This document shows, piece by piece, positions 24,670 to 31,263 of a stretch of DNA of 31,263 nt. The notes under the pieces are model-generated. The model was given only the letters and a program-made list of their open reading frames with translations, was not told where the DNA came from and did not search any database. This stretch comes from Tubiluchus corallicola (Eukaryota; Animalia; Priapulida). Both the position numbers and the translations under genes were made by a program. The first letter of the stretch is position 1; the number at the start of each line of letters is the position of its first letter. Location of the stretch: assembly GCA_030141605.1 (NCBI GenBank), contig JAQGDQ010001641.1, forward strand, positions 1 through 31,263, in the 5' to 3' direction.

Positions 24670-26404
24670 GTGAGTTTTGGGTTAACACGTTCCAAATCAG
24701 GTGACTTTAGGGTCAACACGTTCCAAATCAGGTGACTTTAGGGTTAACACGTTCCAAATCAGGTGAGTTTACGGTCAACACGTTGCAAAATCATTTGAGT
24801 TTTGGGTTAACACGTTCCAAATCAGGACAGTTTTCGGTCAACACGTTTCAAATCGGGTGAGTTTAGCGTTAACACGTTCCAAATCAGGTGAGTTTAGAGT
24901 TAACATGTTTCAAATCAGGTGAGTTTTGGGTTAACACGTTCCAAATCAGGTGAGTTTTGGGTTAACACGTTCCAAACCAGGTGAGTTTTGGGTTAAAACG
25001 TTCCAAATCAGGTGAGTTTAGGGTTAACACGTTCCAAATCAGGTGAGTTTAGAGTTAACACTTTCCAAATCAGGTGAGTTTAGAGTTAACACGTTCCAAA
25101 TCAGGTGAGTTTAGAGTTAACACTTTCCAAATCAGGTGAGTTTAGGGTTAACGCGTTCCAAATCAGGTGAGTTTAGGGTTAACACATTCCAGATCAGGTG
25201 AGTTTAGAGATAACACTTTCCAAATCAGGTGAGTTTAGGGTTAACACGTTCCAGATCAGGTGAGTTTAGGGTTAACACGTTCTAAATCAGGTGAGTTTAG
25301 AGTTAACACGTTCCAAATCAGGTGAGTTTTGGGTTAACACGTTCCAAATCAGGTGAGTTTAGGGTTAACACTTTCCAAATCAGGTGAGTTTAGGGTTAAC
25401 ACGTTCCAAATCAGGTGAGTTTAGAGTTAACACGTTCCAAATCAGGTGAGTTTGAGGTTAACACGTTCCAAATCAGGTGAGTTTAGGGTTAACACGTTCC
25501 AAATCAGGTGAGTTTAGGGTTAACACGTTCCAAATCAGGTGAGTTTAGAGTTAACACGTTCCAAATCAGGTGAGTTTGAGGTTAACACGTTCCAAATCAG
25601 GTGAGTTTAGGGTTAACACGTTCCAAATCAGGTGAGTTTAGGGTTAACACGTTCCAAATCAGGTGAGTTTAGAGTTAACACGTTCCAAATCAGGTGAGTT
25701 TGAGGTTAACACGTTCCAAATCAGGTGAGTTTAGGGTTAACACGTTCCAAATCAGGTGAGTTTAGGGTTAACACGTTCCAAATCAGGTGAGTTTAGAGTT
25801 AACACGTTCCAAATCAGGTGAGTTTGAGGTTAACACGTTCCAAATCAGGTGAGTTTAGGGTTAACACGTTCCAAATCAGGTGAGTTTAGGGTTAACACGT
25901 TCCAAATCAGGTGAGTTTAGAGTTAACACGTTCCAAATCAGGTGAGTTTGAGGTTAACACGTTCCAAATCAGGTGAGTTTAGGGTTAACACGTTCCAAAT
26001 CAGGTGAGTTTAGGGTTAACACGTTCCAAATCAGGTGAGTTTAGAGTTAACACGTTCCAAATCAGGTGAGTTTAGGGTTAACACATTCCAAATCAGGTGA
26101 GTTTAGGGTTAACACGTTCCAAATCAGGTGAGTTTAGAGTTAACACGTTCCAAATCAGGTGAGTTTAGAGTTAACACTTTCCAAATCAGTTGAGTTTAGG
26201 GTTAACACGTTCCAAATCAGGTGAGTTTAGAGTTAACATGTTCCAAATCAGGTGAGTATGGGGTTAACACTTTCCAAATCAGGTGAGTTTTGGGTTAACA
26301 CGTTCCAAATCAGGTGAGTTTAGAGTTAACACGTTCCAAATCAGGTGAGTTTAGAGTTAACACGTTCCAAATCAGGTGAGTTTAGAGTTAACATGCTCCA
26401 AATC
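24660..26404 (+). repeat. 31-bp minisatellite, ~56 copies, whose unit spans the SULT exon splice donor
   Basis: Unit CCAAATCAG|GTGAGTTTAGGGTTAACACGTT. The first copy overlaps the last ~10 nt of the exon. Confidence 0.98.
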
Positions 26405-26406
26405 AC

Positions 26407-26413
26407 GTGTGTG

Positions 26414-26453
<40 letters not shown>

Positions 26454-26456
26454 TGT
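26407..26456. repeat. (GT)n/(GCGT)n microsatellite abutting the 31-bp array
   Basis: Direct inspection. Confidence 0.95.
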
Positions 26457-26660
26457 ATATTTCATTAATAATTTCTGTTTACAATTCCCCACACAATTGA
26501 AATACCCTAACTCTGGCCCTAACGCTAACCCAACCCAACCCTCTTCCTAACCCTAAGACAAACAATGTAATATTCACAAATCAAGTTAATCAAACGCGAA
26601 GTAATTAAGACGAACTTCGCGACATCTTGTGCCGTTCTAATTTTTGTCTCTGACCTGCAG

Positions 26661-26878
26661 GTACACAATGGCTGTGGGACACTGCAGTTCTCATCAAATG
26701 CCATGGCGACGAGAAGAAGTTTGCTGACGTCACCAGGACATTACCGTTAGAGATATTTCACGGTGATGCAGCCATGTCTAAGATTCAACAGGTGAATGAC
26801 GTCACAGGAATGAGAGTTTTTCAAACACATTTGCGTCCTGATGAGTTACCTCCAGAGATTATGGATGGAAAGTGTAAG
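26661..26878 (+). CDS. SULT coding exon 2: (G)TQWLWDTAVLIKCHGDEKKFADVTRTLPLEIFHGDAAMSKIQQVNDVTGMRVFQTHLRPDELPPEIMDGKCK
   Basis: Completes PKSG|TxW and contains the catalytic-His motif R..xTHL...LP. Acceptor tgacctgcAG, donor AAG|GTGCGT. 218 bp, phase 1 in and phase 0 out. Confidence 0.94.
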
Positions 26879-26892
26879 GTGCGTGAAACGTA

Positions 26893-27077
26893 CGGGATGT
26901 CCCGAAATTTATTCTTTACTTTACAGGATGTCCCGAAATTTATTCTTCACTATACAGGATGTCTCGAAATTTATTCTTCACTATACAGGGTGTTTCGAAA
27001 TTTATTCTTCACTATACAGGATGTTTCGAAATTTATTCTTCACTATACAGGATGTCTCGAAATTTATTCCTCACTAT
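26893..27077 (+). repeat. 31-bp minisatellite, ~6 copies (CAGGATGTCCCGAAATTTATTCTTCACTATA), starting ~14 nt after the donor
   Basis: Direct inspection; unrelated in sequence to the 24660 array. Confidence 0.93.
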
Positions 27078-27896
27078 TTTTGATTTTTTCCAAACCAAAG
27101 AAAACAATTTATTTAAAAATAGAATGACAAACTGGAATACTTGTAAATTTTCGTATTTTATCGTCGTGGTCGTTATCGCTGTCGCTGTGTTGCTGTTGTT
27201 GTTGCGGCTGGAATTTTGCACAAAGTTGCGACGCATCATTGCATAGCAGGGCTCTCCAGTACGCCTATTAAATGGACCATGCTCCTTACAGAGAGCCCAA
27301 TACAGTGTTATGTTTTTGGGGTTGTTTCATTTTACTGTATAAATACATCTGTCCCAACAACGCGTATTCGGAACTTTTACAAAAAAAAACAGATTCTACG
27401 TCAACGTTAAACATTCTTGTGATTTTCTTAAGGGGCACGACAATATATCAAGATCACATGGTCACAAGATCATATCAAAGCACAATTGTCAAGACCCGCC
27501 TACAGGCGCTATGGAATACACGGGAAAGGAAAGCATTGTGTAAAGTTGTTGTCATAACAATTGTGCGTGTGTATTCCTCTTTTATGGAAACCATCAACTT
27601 AAATTACATTTAGAAATAAAAAGTAAAACTGGACGCAATCTTAAATTGTAGGTCAAAACAATCTACTCTTTAAAATATTGAAAGGAAACATCCTATTTTT
27701 TTCAAACATGACTTACGTGAAAGAATTATTATCACACAAACACAACTTCATGTTAGCGCACCTAGTTCTTCGCTATTACATGCATTTCGCCATTCGCTAG
27801 TTAGGCGGGCACTAGTGCCTGCATTTTGGAAACACAATGCACAAAAAACAGGTGCTGTACCTCGCAGTCCAGATGTGTTAGCTGGTGATGAACTAC

Positions 27897-28252
27897 ACAC
27901 GTTCGACAGCTCATGCGTGAGCACAGCGGTAAATTTGAAACTTAAAATTTGAATTTTTATCTTAAAACTTGCCTAGTTTTAGTCCAAAACACTGAATATC
28001 TTACGGTAGCACTGTACTTCAAATTTCACTTTCACAAACACGTGCAACACGCTCGTAGAATAATTTTGTTGTTCAAAATTAAGTTAAATTGTGATGTCAT
28101 CAATAGTTGGGCTCGCCCGCCTTTAATTAAATTTTTAATCTGTAATTTAATTATCAGAAACACTTTTGCAGTATTAACTGTGTTAAAATGTATACTTTTT
28201 ATTGGATTTCAAAATGGGTTAGTGTATGAAAAATCATCTTGTCTTCCTTTAA
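27897..28252. mobile_element. Second copy of the dispersed repeat at 15835-16186
   Basis: Shared start ACACGTTCGACAGCTCATGCGTGAGCAC and shared TTAA end. Confidence 0.7.
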
Positions 28253-28412
28253 CTAAATTATTTGAGCAGCTCTGGTATTGTTGTTTGTCTGCATTTTCAG
28301 CTGACGAGACCCGTTAGGGATTTGCGAAAGCTCCTTCAAAAAATTTTCTAGACAAAAAGAGGGCATCTAAATTTTCATTTTGTCGTTTTCACTATATTAG
28401 GTATATGAAATT

Positions 28413-28478
28413 TGAAAAAGAGGTGCTTGTTTATTGTTTATAGACTGAAAAAGAGGTGCTTGTTTATTGTTTATAGAC
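28413..28478 (+). repeat. Perfect 33-bp tandem duplication spanning the SULT exon 3 acceptor
   Basis: TGAAAAAGAGGTGCTTGTTTATTGTTTATAG|AC occurs twice. Confidence 0.95.
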
Positions 28479-28609
28479 GATCTACGTCATGCGTAATCCC
28501 AAAGATGTCGCCGTGTCTTCCTTCCATTTTCATCGAGCCAATCTTTCCCTGGGACAGATCAAAGACTGGACATTCAGCCAGTTTTTCCCGTATTATTACT
28601 CTGGAAACA
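28477..28609 (+). CDS. SULT coding exon 3: TIYVMRNPKDVAVSSFHFHRANLSLGQIKDWTFSQFFPYYYSGN
   Basis: 3'-PB motif IYVxRNPKDVAVS. Donor A|GTAAGT. 133 bp, phase 0 in and phase 1 out. This frame is not in the ORF track. Confidence 0.95.
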
Positions 28610-28693
28610 GTAAGTGTTTTTCAATAAGATAGTAGCTAGCCCAAGTGAGTGGTGCATAACGAAAAATATCATCATCACACACACACACACACA

Positions 28694-28726
<33 letters not shown>

Positions 28727-29171
28727 ATGAATCACACGTCCAGTGACATGATTCTGCTCACCTCTCTATGCCAGGACTCCCTGCTCGCCGCAGTGCCCCA
28801 AGTACATTTATTTCTAAGGATCAATGCTGAAGTGTTTAAATCTTTCTGTGTAAAATCTAAATATGTTAACATTTGTCCTCCTGCAGGTTTTTTAGCTGAT
28901 TCTATGGCTTGTTGAAGAGCTAACTTCACTGGAATATCATCAGGTAGTCTAAGCATATGCTCAATCCATCTTAAACAGCGTCTTTTTATTTTTTCATATA
29001 GATCTTTGTTTGAAATTTTCTTTGGCTATCTAATACCCATTTTTTTTTGTAATTTCGCCTTTGAAACGCATCGATTTCAGCTTTATGATTTGCTTTTAAT
29101 GTCCAGAGCTCAGAGTTATATAGAAATACAGTTTCAACTAAGGCTGAGAATATTCTAATTTTTGTTTCCAA
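28694..29171 (-). mobile_element. 5'-truncated, frameshifted RTE-like non-LTR retrotransposon 3' end with a (TGA)n tail
   Basis: TKIRIFSALVETVFLYNSELWTL...IDAFQRR and HMLRLPDD...A.SRESW resemble the post-RT C-terminus of RTE-type LINEs. The stop codon is followed by a short-repeat tail. Confidence 0.8.
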
Positions 29172-29285
29172 AGAAATCTTGCTATTCTCAAAAAGTATTT
29201 ATAAAACAATCAGGCGCTAAAAAATCAGCCTGTGATTTTTTCCGTGTTTTTGAAAGTCAATTTAACGTTACTTTATTTTTTACAG

Positions 29286-29383
29286 TTCATTTTGGTTCCT
29301 GGTTCGACCAAGTGTTTGTTTGGTGGAAGTTGCGACATGACCACCCGAATATTCTGTTCGTTAAATATGAAGATGTGAAAAAA
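29286..29383 (+). CDS. SULT coding exon 4: (I)HFGSWFDQVFVWWKLRHDHPNILFVKYEDVKK
   Basis: GSWFD..WW and NILFxxYED motifs. Acceptor ttttttacAG, donor AAA|GTAAGT. 98 bp, phase 1 in and phase 0 out. Confidence 0.95.
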
Positions 29384-29594
29384 GTAAGTAAGATAAATCA
29401 AAAATATATAAAAAAAATTTACTGATTTTTACCAGTAGAAATGTGTAACGATTTTCAAAGATTCATAAAAAAATTAAAACTTCAAGACAGGAACAATGAA
29501 GTAGATTCGTTCACATTATATAAGTGTGTGAACATAGCTTAATACTTCAAAAATATATAAAAAAGTTTTATACACATTTTTACTTGTTAATTTA

Positions 29595-30101
29595 TGCCAA
29601 GAGAGTCAGTTATTGATCACATTGATGGAGCTGCAGTGTCGACTGTGGCTGAGCAGTGCGATCCTTGAACGTCTCCAGGGCGCACGCCTGGGCAAGGTGT
29701 AAGGAGATCATGAGTTGCCCAGACAACAGGAACCCCCTCTCTTCCTCTCTGGTGTAGTCCAAAGGAAAGCAGAGCGATACGTTTGGCACCAGGTTGGCTG
29801 CAGGAGCTGCCGGAGTCAGTGAGCATGCTGCACTGGTCCGCCTTCGGGGCTCCACTCGTGATTTGGAAGGTTTACTCCTCTACACATGGCCGCTTGGTCA
29901 CTTGACCTCCTCCGCCCTCTAGCCGTTGGCTGCTTGCGCAGCTCCTCCGCCTAGTGTCGAGATACAGTGTGGGTATCCCGCAAGTCTACAGCACCTGGTA
30001 TTCTTAGGCGGTCACCCATCCAAGTACTAACCAGGCTCTACGTTGCTTAACTTCGGTGATCAGACGAGAACCGGTGTTTTCAACGTGATATGGCCGTAGA
30101 G
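29595..30101 (-). mobile_element. Candidate 5S-rRNA-derived SINE (SINE3-type): 5S head plus a ~385-bp GC-rich body
   Basis: The 5S sequence runs directly into a GC-rich body without a T4 terminator. Sharp GC contrast with the intron on both sides. No clear TSD. Confidence 0.65.
29982..30101 (-). rRNA. Full-length 5S rRNA-like sequence (solitary; probably a SINE head or pseudogene)
   Basis: Minus strand TCTACGGCCATATCACGTTGAAAACACCGGTTCTCGTCTGATCACCGAAGTTAAGCAACG...GGTTAGTACTTGGATGGGTGACCGCCT...GTGCTGTAGACTT, 120 nt. The 5' G is replaced and CCTGGGAA reads CCTAAGAA. Confidence 0.9.
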
Positions 30102-30184
30102 TAATTGTAATTAACCAATCAAAACGTTAAATACGCAAGTAAAAAATAAATTTCTATTCTATTTAGTCAGTTTTATTTCTGCAG

Positions 30185-30395
30185 GACAATAAAGGGGAAA
30201 TAAAGCGCATTGCTAAATTCCTGGATGTAGAACTAACAGATGATGAGATAGAGAAGATATTACAGCTGTCAGGTTTTCAAAAAAGCAGGAAGCGATTTGA
30301 TGAGAATCTTGGTAGCATGTTGCAAAAGCTGAAAATGGAACAACACGAAGGACCTCCACCGTTCGATCTATCGGTGTCTCACTTTGTTAGAAAAG
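30185..30395 (+). CDS. SULT coding exon 5: DNKGEIKRIAKFLDVELTDDEIEKILQLSGFQKSRKRFDENLGSMLQKLKMEQHEGPPPFDLSVSHFVRK(G)
   Basis: IxxIAxFL and FxRKG (start of RKGxxGDW). Acceptor ttttatttctgcAG, donor AAG|GTATGA. 211 bp, phase 0 in and phase 1 out. The final exon is not in the window. Confidence 0.95.
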
Positions 30396-30418
30396 GTATG
30401 ATTATGTCAGTATTGAAC

Positions 30419-30916
30419 CAGGGGCGTATCAACACTTTATGATGCTCCAGGCTGATAGGTCTCTGTCCTGGTTGTTTATGTAACGAGCAGGTTAAACAAT
30501 TACTTGTGGTGTATTAGAAACATTATTAACCTAGTTTCTACGTGGTGGTTATTAATCAATGTATTTGCATAGCGCTTATGTTCAAACAGTCTGTGCAACT
30601 GTTTGTTGTGTAATACCTTGCACCTGTTCGTTATGTGGCACTTATATGCTTCTTCCTGTCGTGTTCCTGTATACGTTGTTTATTTTAAGTGTATGATTTG
30701 TTAATTGTACTTGTGTTTATGTTTGTAAAATGGAGCGTTTATTATTATTATTATATATAAGCAGGGCCGTGTAACTGCCTGTGGTGTGTTATAAATTGAA
30801 CATGAAAGTAAACACATTTTTCGAGGAGAACAACATTTTTTTCTAAAATCTGACGCCCATCAAAGTTTGGCGCCCTAGGCTATAGCCAAGTTACCCTGTT
30901 CGTTAATACGCCCCTG
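30419..30916. mobile_element. hAT-like MITE (498 bp)
   Basis: TIR CAGGGGCGTATCAAC ... GTTAATACGCCCCTG (14/15 match). The 8-bp flanks TATTGAAC and TGTAGAAC match 6/8, consistent with a decayed TSD. Confidence 0.75.
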
Positions 30917-31263
30917 TGTAGAACACCACATTACTGAAAATGTTTTTTAATGTTTTTTAATGTTTAAATAACTATTTTATTAACTTTAATTTTGGGTAAC
31001 TATTAATGACGAGTTTATTAGCTTTAGCAAAGACATTTTAGGATGGTTTCTCTAACTTTGCTTTGTCATTGTTATTCTCTTTATGGATCCATTCAATTTT
31101 TGACAAGTTTCTGCTATTTTCTTATTCTAAGTACAGTGCAATGCTTGATGATTTGATGGAATTTGTGAAAGAGTATCTTTAACTTTGTAAATTTACATCA
31201 AAATGGAATTTATTGCCGACCGGTTTCGAACAAACTGTTCATTGTCAAGGCATCTAAAACAAA

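Noticed and set aside
24700-26560. Telomere or interstitial telomere (TTAGGG in the 31-mer; degenerate CCCTAA at ~26505-26556)
   Set aside because: Only one hexamer in some units and a few degenerate copies afterwards; no tandem telomeric tract.
24660-26660. New intron created by tandem duplication of an exonic AGGT
   Set aside because: The intron lies at the PKSG|T phase-1 position typical of cytosolic SULT genes and has its own non-repeat acceptor, so it predates the array.
29610-29855. ORFs in the GC-rich segment
   Set aside because: Short, with no recognisable domain; they lie within the putative SINE body.

Overview
AT-rich, repeat-dense eukaryotic (invertebrate) genomic DNA. The 5S-like sequence and repeat landscape suggest a mollusc, which is an inference. 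I reconstructed two divergently oriented multi-exon genes by hand, with GT-AG boundaries and consistent phases. (1) Minus strand: a secreted CAP/CRISP-family (SCP/TAPS) protein with a TATA/Inr promoter at ~18200, a non-coding exon 1 and six coding exons between 16310 and 1894 (197 aa recovered, 3' end not found). (2) Plus strand: a cytosolic SULT1-like sulfotransferase with five coding exons between 24495 and 30395 (last exon beyond the window). Most introns are filled by their own private minisatellite. In three cases the repeat unit is the exon-intron junction itself: ~27 copies of a CAP 3' splice site, ~56 copies of a SULT 5' splice site, and a 2-copy SULT 3' splice site. In each case only the terminal copy gives an intact reading frame. 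The window also holds a near-perfect inverted duplication enclosing two CAP exons (real or misassembly), a 5S-rRNA-headed SINE candidate, an RTE-like LINE 3' end, several MITEs and long microsatellites. Almost all long ORFs in the supplied track are repeat-translation artefacts.
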